From: Botryllus schlosseri
Taxonomy: Eukaryota
Length of the DNA stretch: 64,000 nt
Assembly (NCBI GenBank): GCA_051294905.1
Contig: CM119371.1
Span: 7,130,001 to 7,194,000 of the forward strand
Direction of reading: 5' to 3'
The stretch's first letter is position 1, and every line of letters begins with the position of its first letter. Position numbers and translations under genes: made by a program. Under the pieces are notes generated by a model. It did no database searches, was not told the DNA's origin, and was given only the letters and a program-made list of their open reading frames with translations. Positions 45,815 through 59,810 of this stretch are shown here, piece after piece.

Positions 45815-46520
45815 TGGATTTATTGATTTTACTTTTCATAACCACTCTTCATTTTGTCTCTGTGGATTGCAATCAGAAGACCACAATTCATAGCATATCA
45901 TTTATTGATTTGGCCGCCTGTTGTGAAATGAATCAGTTGGAATCTGACACGGTGCATCAATGTCTGACGACTCTACCTGGGAGATGAAAGTGAATGATAT
46001 TTACAAAATCAAAGATTTCAAATTCGGTCATTTGCCATCAATGGTATGTCGGGATGTTTTGAAATGATAAAATTATCAGCAATAAACTCAACCACTAGTA
46101 CCGATCTTATTTCAATCTGCAACAACAAATTGGGTGACTGTTAAGTTCCAATTTAAGTTGTTTCGAACCCGATGTATCCTTTCTTTATCATCACAGGCAC
46201 GGATGTTCTTTCGATCAGAGTCAAGCAAGTTTATTTAATGCCATTCAAGGTGAGTTTTATCGGGCTGCGTTATTAGGATGTACATCATTCTATTCAAACC
46301 TACCTAGGTATTTAACAATTGATAACTGAAGTAATGATATCAGTTTTCTATTTGAGGCTACGTTGAAGTTATTATCCAAGTTTGTAGGAAGTGATCGATC
46401 CGCACGTGACTTCTAATAGAACGATTGAGATATGGCTAATAGCTATCCTCTCTCGTGCTGCATATGCTCCTCGAAATCCCATTTGAAAGCATGCATTCAT
46501 CCACACCTCTGTATTCGTTA
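45815..46520 (+). other. Degenerate exon-like block, duplicated at 56355-57140
   Basis: Shared segments bounded by CATCACAG| and |GTGAGT-type junctions; shared peptide LEIP..S.HSSTPLYS; stops in both copies. Confidence 0.4.
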
Positions 46521-48739
46521 GTGGCAATCGTGGTCGAAGCTCGTCCTTCGCCAAGTCCTGTTACAGACCACTTACTTGATAGTGAGTGTTCAGCATTTTT
46601 TTTAAAGAAACGCGACTTTGCTGTTTGCTATAGTCTCCATTATATTGTCAAGTGCGTAATTGCATTGTCGAAATTTAACGAAGTTTGTTTCAAAGTCACT
46701 GTAGTTTTCAAATATATGGAACTCCTCAGAAGTTGTAGGCTAATTTCCAACGGTTTCGTACAACAGTGGCACCATTGTGTTGTACGCCCAAAGTAGCAGT
46801 GTTGGCATGACTCGAGTCAACTTTTTCGTATGACTTGACTCGGCGTTCCAGAAATGCTGATTTACTCGTGACTTGCAGAAAATTGTTGAGTCAATTTCAA
46901 GTACTCGGGGTCAATAAAAATACGTGCACTTTACTAATGCTCGGATTGCAGCAGTGACGCAATAAAATAACGAGGTATCTATCTATTTTCTATAGACTGA
47001 TGGTCATTGTTTCTAGGTGATCACCATAACAAAATCTATTGGATAATTTCTCAAACCAGCGTCCCGCGGGCATTTTTTTCGCGTCCTGCAAAGGCATTTT
47101 GGAGTTCGAAGCATTCGAGAATCTTTAACTGCTAATTTTTTTTTTAATTTGATAACTGGGAATTTGCTCTAAAACTACTCATCAAACTTCACTATTACAT
47201 CACTTTCAAAAGTTGCTACACAGTGGAAGAGCAGCTATTACGTCAAACACTCACACTACTTGTTTATGATGGTAAAACATGGCCCGTTAATGATTCGTGA
47301 CTGAAAATTGTGATTTGGACTTGAGTGCGACCGTTTGTAGAATAACTCGATCTCGGACCCCCGTCCCGTCAAACGTCACAATCAGAGAAGGAATTATTGG
47401 GACTCGGAACGCCACGGACGCAAAAAACTATCAAACTGGTATGGGGAATGGTAACATATCAAAAGGTCTTATCTTGTGTTGCGTAGTTTATGTAGATATC
47501 TAAGTAGCTCGGTATGCAGACATTGGGAGTATGTTACCCTCTTGATGTATAGTTGTTACATCCTGTGTCATCTTGGGTATCTTTATCCTTGTTACCATCG
47601 CCAATAAATGTAGCGAGTATGCAGTAGTCGTAGCCTTCACGCCTGTAATACCAATGGATTCTTCGGCGAATTGACATATCTCATGCTATGGCACAGTAAT
47701 CATTATGTTCAAGCTGTTATAAATCTGTTCCAATAATCGATGGTAAATCTAACGCTGATTTAATTTGACTTAGGTAGTGATTGATCAATACCTCAGTTAT
47801 CAGGAGAAACCCCGAAACCCGGATTAGGCTGTACTGCTCCAATGCTCTGATATCAGATCAATTTTTGTAAAACTCTATAATATTCTATTGTGACAGTCAA
47901 AAGTCCGCTAGCTGCAAAATTATTACGCAACAGCTTTTACGATGTCCTGATGCATTTGTACGGTGTTTTGGTGGTTTTGGAAATAAATGTGTGGTTACAA
48001 TTATAATTTTAATCCAGTCTAGTCTATGTCGCAATTTGCTTCCTCTTGCCTTAAAAAAAAACGTATCCCGTTTTATTCCAGCGTCCGCCTCGTTCGGGGG
48101 GGGATTTCCGGCCCGTCACATAACTGGTCAAAGGTCGGCCCATCAGCGGGAGTGATATGCCAGAAAGTGCCCCAGGTCCCACCGCTGGTTCGTGTGCGTA
48201 CAGGAAAAGTAGTTTGATCCCGATTTAAAAAGGTGGGTGACAAATGTAGGTGAAGGTTGGGTTGGGGGTGAATCGACATTGTTGTTTCAGGAGCAGAGTT
48301 GATCAAAGTGTTCATCGTCGGTACTCAAATAAAAGGAGAAGGAGCGTTGAAATTTCTACTGAAGTACAAATGGAAATCGTGATTTCCAGATATGTAAAAA
48401 AGTACCGTAAGTAATCTCTGTTTTGCCGAAAAACTATAGCTGGTAGTAGTTTAAAATTGCTACCACGCAAGTTGCAAAACTATCACAAAACTACTACCTA
48501 CTATAATAAACGAGTAGTTTTTCCTAAAAACTTGAGTAGAAATGGAAGTAGTTTGAAATCGTCATCAATTAAGTAAGAATTACAAGTATCACAAAACTAC
48601 ATTCCACTTTGCGAAATCCAAAGTGTGACAAGCAACTAGTTTTTTCAAAAAGTAGAAGTGTAAGAGTAGAAAAACTATCGAATGTATACATATAATGGTT
48701 TTGCAGCTTCGTTCTGCTTGCTGAGGCTTTATTCAGTCT

Positions 48740-49180
48740 TAATTTGCAGCAGCGACTGTAGGATATCTACCAATCCAAAACTTATCCCCCAAAGTGCAGA
48801 CTTTACTGAATCTGGCCTCAATCGAGAGCTACTGTCGCTACTGATTCCAAAAATGTATATCAAAATATTGGCAGGCTCCATAAATGGGTGAAAAATCTCC
48901 CTCAACATTTAAAATCTGCATTGTTCAGAACAATCGGATGACCGCAAAACAATGACCAAAACAATACCCATCGCGGATCCTCCGTTGCTCGGACAATGAT
49001 GATAATTCAGACTTGGAGGGTGAATTCTGGGTGGTTCAGTGCCTGATCATATTTTAATTTATATTTTCGGAGTCTGTGCGACAGTAGCTTTCGATCAAGA
49101 CCAGATTCAGTAAATTCTGCGCTCTGGAAGATAACTTTTGGATTGCCAGAAATCCTACATTCGCTGCTGCAAAATGGGTC
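48740..49180. repeat. Degenerate palindromic MITE-like element
   Basis: TTGCAGCAGCGACTGTAGG...TACTGAATCTGG mirrored by CCAGATTCAGTA...CCTACATTCGCTGCTGCAA. Confidence 0.55.
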
Positions 49181-49959
49181 GTTGCCATTCCATGTTTACA
49201 TTCGATAATAAAAACTAACCACTTGTAGTAGTTGTAGAAGTAGACGAAACCTACATGAAGAACTTTAAAAAGTACAAGTTCAGATTCCTATCATTTGTGC
49301 AATCATTTTTGTCAAAATGGGATATCAAAATAAGTTCGGGACCCACGGAAGATGGTGAGTTTTTTTGGGTCGCCCCCCCTGCGTGGGTGTATTGACGAGG
49401 GTTGGGATTTCGGGATCAAAATTGAAATCGCCAGATTGTGATTTTTACTCACCTATTCCAGGATTAGCGAACTGAAAAAATACACATGCATGCCACATTC
49501 ATTTATTGTAACACCGACGTAAAATCATGGGAACACTGAGAGTATCATCGTTTAGGCTGTTTCTTATTAATGTCGCTCTGTTTGACCTTTCTATTCCTAA
49601 TTTGCAGTTTTCCCACAAACCTCAACAAATCAGCCCGATACAGCGAAATGTTTGTATCATTAGGGCTACCCATTGACTAAATGGCTTGCAGGCAGTTAAA
49701 ATGAGCTGGCACAGTTTGATATCTGGTATCAAACGGTCATTCGACTGATGTAAGCCATGAAGTTTTAGCAGTTAGAAGCAAAATTGCTTCACGTAATATA
49801 CCCTAGCTCCCAATACTATATTTGTCCATAAGCTCGCAGTTTCCTAATAATGTTTCCTAGGCCCCAGTTGAAGACCACTGTAAGACCGGGATCCAATACT
49901 CTCGAACGTCGACTAGTTTTTAGCATTAGCATTTCCGAAGGGTTGCAGCCTTACCCATC

Positions 49960-52000
49960 CCTATTCCGATAAGGATTGCTACGGATATGATGTATTAGGT
50001 GAAGGTGAACTGGACAATTTTTGAGTATACTACAAAATATTGAGCTATTACGAAAAAGATAACGTCCACTGGCATAGTTCATTTTTGTTCCATAGTTTGT
50101 ATTATTATATCAGCAATGTAGACTGTTCAAGACTGTCAGCTTATATTTTAATGCTGCTTAAGAGCAAAGTAAGCGCTACATCAGGTCTGGTAGAAGCTTT
50201 CTCCAAATTTTGGGATTTCAATAGAATTAATCCCGGGATCGGGCTCAGAAATATACCTTAAAATCTTGTGATTCCACTGCTATTTTTTGCAGATCGAGGA
50301 GGACGTGAACCGGCACAGTCCTGCACGACGTTCCAAAGCGAGTAATCAAACGACGAATTCATAAAATTCCTGGGTCACAGGTTGTCACGACTCACGGCGA
50401 TAGAATCAGGCACCGACAAAATTTCAAGTTTTTCAAGGGAGAACTCGTTACGAAAAGCGCCTCTTTCACTTTGTCGACATCTAGTGACTGGGCGAAGCAC
50501 ACTGCAGGCACCAATTTATAATCCAAATCGGACGCCCTAATCAAACAATAGAGCCCAAAAAGGCGGATACGGTTCAGACAGACTTGGACAACTGGATATT
50601 TTAGGTCTAATTAGAGCAGTGGTTCCCAACCTTTTTCGTCTCGTGCCCCCCTTGGCCGATATTTGAGCTAAAATTCCTCTCCCGGGTAAAAGTTGCCTGT
50701 GACTAAACAAATGTGCTTTTTAACGCACAAACATTTGTTGACTGATCAATTAATGTCAAAACATATTGAGATATGTCCGTACTATGGCGAATGCGGACCG
50801 CACTAAACTTTGGTAAAGTACAGTCGGTACCGGTACCGGTCGGGTAGCCGCTGACGAAAAATAAATCACCAAGTCCGCTTGTTATGGACTTGAGTTGAAT
50901 CGATGGATTTGGTATGTTTTTCACCTTAGCTCATATGTTCGCCTAAAAAGTTAAACGATTTCACTAGCGGCCTTGTGCTGAATTCGGCTTGACGATTTAC
51001 TTACTGCTTAGTAGAAATTTGGTCGAGAGGCTGTCGCGGACCCAACGAAATCGTCTTTATCAGGGGGTGTAATATCTACGGAAGGTACTTAAACATACAC
51101 CTAGCTTGAAATCCGCCAACGAAACATACAATTGTAAAGAAATAATTTCTACTCAACAGTTCTATACCATAAAAATCAAAAAACCTTTAAACCCAGTGTG
51201 TCTTCTGATACGATGCCAAAGCCAGATTCCCCCTAAAAATTTCAAAATTCCCTTCAAGGGGAGAATTCCCCCCGGTTGGGAACTACTGAATTAGAGGAAC
51301 ATGCCAGTAGTCACACTCTAATGTAATTTGTGAAATGTTTCTTGCTCTAATTCTAATATAATTTGGGAAATGTTCCACTCTAATTTCCAGTTTTTCCTAT
51401 CAAGGCTACAGAAGAACTGCATAGTTTGAAGCGTCCAAGCTTGCGATACATTCATATAGACATTAGTCATTCTCGTGCTCATGAGAACATGATTTGATAT
51501 GAACTGCTAGACCTAAATCTGCCGTATTGCCGCTGTTTAAAACTAGATTGAGGCTGAGCGGTGGGTCATGGCATATTTGCAAAATGGAAGTTGGGCCACG
51601 GCAATGAAAAAGGACAATAACCGCTACTTTTGCAGATATGTTAACCCTCACTATTCCCAAAGCCACACACGGTCTCTTTCTTGACTTAGGGAAACTGCAA
51701 TTTAGGTTGCACATTCTTATACTTACTGTGTACAGATAATTGTACAGAAGATTTGATTCTTTCGCCCTCCGTTACTACAGCTGGTTTGACATCTTCACTT
51801 TGCCTTAGTGGTTTGAATAATATTGGGTTGTTGTTTGCGGAACCTGATGCATTGGCATTGCAGGTTTTTAAAATATATCAAAACTAAATTTAAGATACGA
51901 CTGTGTCAATGTTCAGGTTAAGCTTGAAATTCAATGTCGCTCTGTCTTCGTTCTATCAGTTGCTTACAACAGTGTAAGAGTAAATTCTCATAATTGCTTG
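49960..52000 (+). repeat. Segmental duplication block homologous to ~58900-61110
   Basis: Collinear matches (GCAGATCGAGGAGGACGTGAACCGG vs GCAGATTTAGGAGGATGTGAACCGG; GACATCTTCACTTTG...TTGTTGTTTGCGGAACCTGA), interrupted by different MITE insertions. Confidence 0.8.
50617..51288. mobile_element. hAT-type MITE
   Basis: CAGTGGTTCCCAACC / GGTTGGGAACTACTG; 8-bp TSD AATTAGAG; same family as 59059-59810. Confidence 0.88.
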
Positions 52001-53784
52001 CGAAATGAATCACGCATACTTGGGTTTCTTACTTATTTACTGTTTGTAAAAAATAAACTGTGTTGAAAGCATGAAATTGGGAATCTAGCGAGTTGTCAAC
52101 CTGATTATTATGCTGTGAATATTTAGAGAGGGGGGGGGGGGCAACTTCTCCGTTCGTCGGGCCGGATATAGAAAAATGAAGTACTTGGCGTGCCGGATTG
52201 CTGGATCGATACATCAATCGTGTCTTTATCCACCTATACAAGGAACAAATCATACATAATATAAACTTTGAGCGTAAAGCATAGAGACCAAAAACAGTTG
52301 TCAATGAATTCAGTAGATGTTAAAATTAATCGGTGGTCGAGAAAGTTCTTTGAACTATCTGGCTGCATGTTGGACGTACAAACCCTCTGTAGAGACTGCC
52401 CGTAAACATAAGTTTGATTGGAACGAGGCTTTGTCTTGTTAGGCTAATGTTCATGGTCGAAAACGATGGCTCGCGGGTGAATGTAGACGACGGCGACATT
52501 ATCGTATACGACCGGAAGCTGTCTGCAGGCCGCATGTTGCTCGACCCTGATTTAGGACAACCAAGCATGAATAACAAAGGGTACACAGTGAATGCAGATT
52601 TTACAGTGTGAGAGAGAGAGAGAGAGTCCACGCGGCTCCATATAATCTTCTCCACTTTTTGACATGCCAGAGGGGGTCTATAACAATGTACTACTACTTT
52701 GGGGTAGTAATGAAGTGGCTGCCTTTTTATACTATTAGTAACAGCAACTACTTGAACAGATTATATGCAAACTACTTTTCACACATTGGGTTTTGGAAAG
52801 TAGAATGTATAGCTTTTGGATAATTGGGATCATTTTATGAGCGACATTGTCATAAGAAGGCCGTAAAATAGCCACATATCGTAACTGAATATGTTGCTGA
52901 AGATTGCTGCTATTCGCAGTGCTTGAGTACGTTTTGCTTATTTGCGCTACATGCCCTAATGGTGACATTTTGAAAATTTACTTCCGCTACTACTTGAAAT
53001 GTTGTTTAGGCCCACAACTACCTACTTTCTACACTTTGGATTTTGAAAAGAATAATTTAGTTGTGTGATAAATCTGATACACATTTGTGAGTCGTAAAAA
53101 CTGCACTAAATAGCTCCTGCATCATCGTAAATGTATATATTTTCAAAGACTGTACCCATTTGTTGGGCTAGCATGCCTTTTATATTCTCTGTTTAAATTT
53201 TCAATCAGCGTGCATGCTTATTCTCTACATCGCCTAGTCGCAGTCTTGTGGTGTTTTGAAATGATGAAAATAATAATAAACTGAATAATTGTCACTGATA
53301 GCACAAGGTTTACCCCGTCAGTAACCGCAATGACATCATTGGTAACGGCTACACTACACTGCAAATGCAAAAACTAATCCGTCAGGTGGCACTGACATGC
53401 CACATGCTTCGCTGATTTCGTTTCCAAACACGGAGTGAACAGACATGCCACAGCGGCTTCACAGTAGTTGCCACTGCTGGGTTTTTCCACCCAGGTCTGG
53501 TTTTTTTAAGCATCAACTGGGTTTCTGGGTTTTTGTCCTTGAAATCTGGGTTCATTTCGACATCATGTTCGTCAGGTCAGTTTTACGCTCAAAAATTTAT
53601 TATAATAGTAGTAAGATCATAATGTCGTAAAATCCACGCACTTCAGTTCGCCAAGAGTCTTGTAGAGATTGTTTCACTACTAAAATGAGGAGCCTCGGCG
53701 TGATGCGATGGAGTTTCATTGAATTGGAGCCTTCAATTCGCAGAAAGTCATGTTCATAAGGGCGAATCATTGGAAAGGTTATTT

Positions 53785-54924
53785 GGTACTTCTTCGGTAT
53801 TCTCCACTCAGCGACCAGTGTTCCCCAAAGACACCAACAAATGTTTCCCATGAACACGAACTAAAATTTATAAACGTCAAAATATTTTTTTTTGTGTCTT
53901 TGTACTTTGTAGAGACGGATATTTGGGTGGGGATATTAGGGTTGGGGAAAGGGGGATTGGATGCGGGTTAGGGCCAAGGTTGGGGTAGGGTATCCCAAGA
54001 TTAGGGTTGCGGGATATTAGGGGTAGGGTAAGGGGGGATATTAGGGTTGGGGAAAGGGGGATTGGATGCGGGTTAGGGCCAAGGTTGGGGTAGGGTATCC
54101 CAAGATTAGGGTTGGGGGAAAGGGGGATTGGATGCGGGTATTAGGCAGATATTAGGGTAAGGGGGGATATTAGGGTATCTGCCAACCCCAATCTTGGGAT
54201 ACCCTACCCTAACCCACCTCCAATCTCCCTTTCCCCAACCCTAATCTTGGGATACCCTACCCTAACCCGCATCCAATCCCCATTTCCCCAAACCCTAATC
54301 TTGGGATACCCTACCCCAACCTTGGCCCTAACCCACATCCAATCCCCCTTTCCCCCAACCCTAATCTTGGGATACCCTCCCCCAACCTTGGCCCTAACCC
54401 GCATCCAATCCCCCTTTCCCCCAACCCTAATATCCCCCCTTACCCTAACCCAAATCTTGGGATACCCTACCCCAACCTTGGCCCTAACCCACATCCAATC
54501 CCCCTTTCCCCAACCCTAATATCCCCCCTTACCCTAACTCTAATCTTGGGATACCCTAACCCGCATCCAATCCTCCTTTCCCCCAACCCAAATACCCCCC
54601 CCCCCATTTACCCTAACCCTAATATCCCCCAACCATAATTTTGGGATACCCTACCCCAACCTTGGCCCTAACCCGCATCCAATCCCCCTTTCCCCCAACC
54701 CTAATCTTGGGATACCCTACCCCAACCTTGGCTCTAACCCGCACCCAATTCTCCTTTCCCCAACCCTAATACCCCTATCCCCACCCAAATATCCGTCTCT
54801 ACAAAGACCCAAAAAAAAACAATTTATTTTGACGTTTATAAATTTTTGTTCGTGTATATGGGAAACACTTGTTCGTGTCATGGGGGAACACTGGTCGCTG
54901 AGTGGAGAATACCGAAGAAGTGCC
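53785..54924. mobile_element. Merlin-type foldback MITE with telomere-like G-rich/C-rich arms
   Basis: TIR GGTACTTCTTCGGTATTCTCCACTCAGCGACCAGTGTTCCCC / ...GAGAATACCGAAGAAGTGCC; perfect 8-bp TSD GGTTATTT; interior TAGGGTTGGGG-type repeats inverted about ~54180. Confidence 0.85.
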
Positions 54925-56273
54925 GGTTATTTTACCATTTGAAACGATTTAAGATTAAGACTTGGATACTAGTATCACTCCACTCCAACAAATTCGATAA
55001 ATAACATGTATAACTGTAAAGTATTAATATGGATAGACCCGGTGATGATCTGACTAATATATCATATTGTTATCTAAAAATATTTAGTTCCAACTGAGAC
55101 ACTCGGGGAGACAGTTGGACACCCCAAGCAATTTAGGCAGAGGTGTTGGACCAATACTGTTGGTTATCAGCGCATTCGAATATAGCCTGGATTTCATGAT
55201 TCGTCAGTTATTATTTCGACCAAAAATGGGTATGTGTCATTATTCCAGATCAAAGTGATTGTGCCAGGATTAATCAATCGAAAGCTAATACTTTCAATCT
55301 GGTCAGTCACTGAAAATACACGAAAATCATCCTCAGAAATGGGGAATCGGTGGCACTGTTACGAGCTTACAACCATTCGCAGTACAATGATATATTTAAT
55401 ACTCCATTAAGTATTGACACCGCGCGCCAATTGTTCCATAGCAATGCGTCTTGAGGAAAACAACATATTTGCAGTGTTAACCGAGCAAAATATATAGCAT
55501 GAATCAGGCTATATCTGCACCTTCCTGGTCCAGCAGCATATGCACATCGTGCACTCATGGTATGCATTGCATATGCACAGATCGTGTGTATGTCTATCGT
55601 GAGTCGGTGTAAATGCCGCAAAAACATCAAGGAAAAACATAAACTACGTCCATTGCTTTCCTGAATTGTTGGAGATTCAATGTTAAAGGCTTCTATGACT
55701 GTATTACTGTAATTGATGACTGTCAGGCTCCAGTTTCACAGTTATCTTATCGATATTTAAGTAAAATAGGATCTGGGTTTATTTAGCCTCCACATCTGGG
55801 TTTATCCGAAATGTCCCGGTGGCATCTCTGAGCGAAATAAGCGCGATCTTTCGTGTTACGGCCACTTTAAAACCAATCTTTGTGATGTTTGGTTGGAGCA
55901 TTGAAACAGATGCGGCCGCCCCTGGAATATACCACAGTATGAAATTATTTTTGATGTTCCAAAATACAATTTAGATTACGGGTAATCAACTCGATCATTC
56001 GCGAGGCAGGGGTAATCGACCTCAATAACTCTTTAGTTTCGTGTTGATACAACGAATAAAACTTGAGGCAAATCGATGGAAGAAGTTTTCATTACTGCAT
56101 TATGGCAGGTATGCCTCTGATTTAGCACTGTTCAGTGTTCACTTTGTGTGTAGTTGAATATCATTCAATTCATACAGGCATTACTTGAGTTAACTAATCT
56201 TTAATTCAATAACAGTGCTTTACTATATTATAATAATCGTAAGATAATTATATACTGTAGTTGATCGACAATC

Positions 56274-56353
56274 ATGGTGCAGATTGTGTCTCGAAATGTA
56301 GAGCAACATTCAATGAAGATGATGGAAGAATTACATCGAATGAAGCAAGAAAA
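56274..56353 (+). pseudogene. 5' remnant (about 27 codons) of a third Kelch-like gene
   Basis: MVQIVSRNVEQHSMKMMEELHRMKQEN matches the paralog N-termini, then joins sequence homologous to ~45815. Confidence 0.88.
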
Positions 56354-58188
56354 TTCATTGATTTTACTGTCCGTAACCACTCTTCATTTTGTTGCAGTGG
56401 ATTGCAATCAGAAGATTATCATATATAACATACCATGTATTGGTTTGGTCGTCGGATGTGAAATGGCTTTGGTGATAAAAGTAGTTTGTATGACAATCTC
56501 GGCCGATATCAATCAGTTGGAATCTGACATGCATCAATGTCTGACAATTCTGTCCAGGAGATAAAGGTGAGTAATTCTTATTCTGAATTTATTTTCCTGC
56601 AAAATCAATGATTTTGGATCCCATTATTTGCCATCAATGCTATGATGGGGTGTTTTGAAATGATAAAATTATTCACAATAAACTCGACTCAACCACTAGT
56701 GACGATCTTATTTCTATCTGTAACAACAAGTCTGAACACATTGGGCGACTGTAAAGTTCGAATTTCAATCGTTTCTAACCCATCACAGGCAAGGATTTTC
56801 TTTCGATCATAATACATCAAGTTGAAACTTTCAAGCAATTTACCAATTTTCATGCAATGTGAGTTTTATCTGGCTGCGTATTTTCAAGTCAGAATTTGGA
56901 CTGACATCAACATTCTATTCACACCAGACAGAAGTATTTAAGAATTGATTTGTGAAGTTAACACAATGATATCAGTTTTCAATTTGCTCCAACGCTAAAG
57001 TTATTATATCCTGGTTTGAAGGAACTGATTGAACCATGAATGGCTTGTAATAGAACAATTGAAGTATGGCTACTCCTGCGCAACTGGATGTTCTTGAAAT
57101 CCCGTCTAAAAGCATTCATTCAAGCACGCCTCTGTATTCGTGAGTGCTGATTATGATTGAACTTTTTGATGTGATGGTTGATTACATCGTTGATGTGACA
57201 TTGGGCACAGGGCAGAGTCTAATAACCAAACAAATCTTTCTAAATGCTGTCACCGGTAATCTAATTCTAATCTAATTTGTAAAATGTTTCTATGCTCTAC
57301 TTTCATTTCTAATCTACTTTCTGGTTTTCCTGTAAATTCTACAGGCGAGTTGCATACGAAACGAGCCATGTTTGCTCTACAGACATTTGCTATTCTCATG
57401 CAGCATGCTGTACTCGAGTCATGCTAATAAGAATGAACCATGATTGGATATTAACGGAAGTTGATTCAATGTTCAAGTTTTCGCGAATTCAGTAATTCTA
57501 ATCTAATCGGGACAAAGCTGTAGCTATATTTATAATTTTAATCTAATTTGGAAATAACTGTGTAGCTATAATTTTAATTCTACTCTAATTTGCAAAAAAT
57601 TTGTAGCTGTAACTGTAATCTAATTTGGAAATGCTGAAAATTTTCCAGTTGTCCATGTCTAGTTCAAGTCTATTTTTCTGGCTGTGTAATTGTAAGATTT
57701 TCTTTCAGGCTTTCACCTGCCAAAAGACAAGATCTCGATATCAAGACTTCCAGTAATCGTGATGACTTCAGGTGAGTTGCTATGAAATATTGTGACATAT
57801 CCAGAATTGGCAACAGTGTTACAAATATATATAGCAAACATTCATGTTGTAAATTTCAGAATGAAATCCCATATATATTCACAGCACTTTGCTATTTCTG
57901 GTGACATGAGCACACCAATATTTACACTCTCTACCTATGTCTACATCCAATATTTTCTCATTCCTAGCTGACAAAGAAATCATGCAATAAATGTTGCACA
58001 CTGAGACCAGTAACTTTCGACAGAGGTAAAGTCTCTTGGCTGTCTCGAAAAAGTTTCTAAGAATAAGAACAACAATCTCTGATTGCATGAGCCCATATGT
58101 GTGATCAGAAGTGGTCGAAAAAGTTACTCCAAGTAAAAGTATCAATGCAAAGTTCACTCCAGTACGAGTAAAAGCATTGCTTTTTCAA

Positions 58189-58586
58189 TAGGGTGACCAT
58201 TTTACCATATTTTGGAAAACTCAAAATAGGACACTTCATCAAAATTCTCAGACTGACGATACTGGAGTAACATCCGGATAAAATGTTAATTTATATCTAG
58301 ACTTGATGGTTGCTTGACTAGAAAAAGGTCATCACTTTGGTTCGACTCCCGTTTTACACACTTTTTACTTGAAATTAGCGGTGATGGCTTGTAAAAAAGG
58401 TATTCACTTTCGATCAAACAGAAAATTTCCTATTTGGCGTCACATATGCCCATTTTCACTCGAAACTATCCATTATCTTAGCTGTAAAAGCGGTAAAGGA
58501 GGACGAATTGCTAAAAAGGAGGACATTTAGGCGTCCTCGGAGGACATTTTCATAAACGTCAAAAAGGAGGACATATTGTAACCCTA
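58189..58586. mobile_element. hAT-type MITE (TAGGGTGAC...GTAACCCTA)
   Basis: Imperfect TIRs; near-perfect 8-bp TSD TTTTTCAA / TTTTCCAA; internal AGGACA repeats. Confidence 0.75.
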
Positions 58587-59058
58587 TTTTCCAAGCAACC
58601 CTGAAGTAGACTACTTCAAGGATAAATAGAATTTGCTGTCTTTGAAAACTACTGAATTAGGTATGTAGTTTTGATAATCAGTTATAAAACACTCTCGAAA
58701 CCTGGATGGGCGGTGCAGAAATCTGGGTTTGTGTTGGTCGACCCTAGCTTCCAATGTCACAAATTATGTTTAATAATTGGTTCACGGCTTCCTAATAATG
58801 TTTCGTAGACCCCGGATGAAAACCACTGTGTTAGATCGTGATCCAGTTATGTCAAAAGCTAATTGGTTGGTAGCATTATCATTTTCAATGAAATTCTGTA
58901 GGGTAACATCCTTATTGCGATTAGGATTACTACAGATTCGATATATGTGAAGTGAGGTGGACAAGTTTTGAGCATTCTTTACAATGCTGTACCTTACCTA
59001 CCATTCCGGAAAATATTGAAGGCCACTGTTGTAGTTCATTGTTATGCAATAGTTAGTT

Positions 59059-59810
59059 AAGTGGTTCCCAACCTTTTTCGTTTGTGGACCCCTTAAGCAA
59101 TATTTGGGCTAAAATTCCCCCTATAAGGAAAAGTGGCCCGGTGACAAAAAAAATGTGCTTTTTAACGCCATACCATTTGTTAACTGAGCAATATGTCCCC
59201 AAACTACGTCGAAACCGACCGCATTACACTTAGGTAGAATACCGCGGGCTACTTCCATATATAATATTTAACGCTAGGTGTACAGTTATTTAGAAATTAA
59301 TTAGATAAGAAGAAATCAGGTCGTCAAACATTGCGCTAATTTTGGCCTGATGTTTAACGGTCAGTTAGCTGCTGACGAAAAATAAATCACCAAGTTCGCT
59401 TTGGATGGAATTGAGTAGAGTATACAAATTTCATATCTTTTACACGTTAGCTCAGATGTTGGCTTAAAGAGATAAACATTTTCGCCAACGGCGCTGTGCT
59501 AAACTTGGCAAGACTTTTCCCAGGTTATCAAGAGGCTGTTGCGGGCCCAACGAAATCGCCTCATGAGCCTCACTTGATCAGGGGGTGGAATTTCTATAGA
59601 AAGCCGTTACACATACATCTAGAATTCCACCAGAAGATATCACAATTGTAAAGAACTAGTTTCATACTTCACAGTTATACGATAGCAGTGAAAAAAACTT
59701 ATGAACCCCGGCCTATCTTTGTTCTTTGACACAACCCTAAAGCCAGATTCCCCCTAAAAGTTTCAAAGTTCCCCCCAATGGGGCAATTTCTCCCCGGTTG
59801 GGAACCACAG
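59059..59810. mobile_element. hAT-type MITE, same family as 50617-51288
   Basis: AGTGGTTCCCAACC / GGTTGGGAACCACAG; CAATAGTT on both flanks (left copy offset by 4 nt). Confidence 0.8.

Noticed and set aside
53930-54780. True or interstitial telomere
   Set aside because: Repeats are degenerate and enclosed by TIRs and a TSD, so they belong to a MITE.
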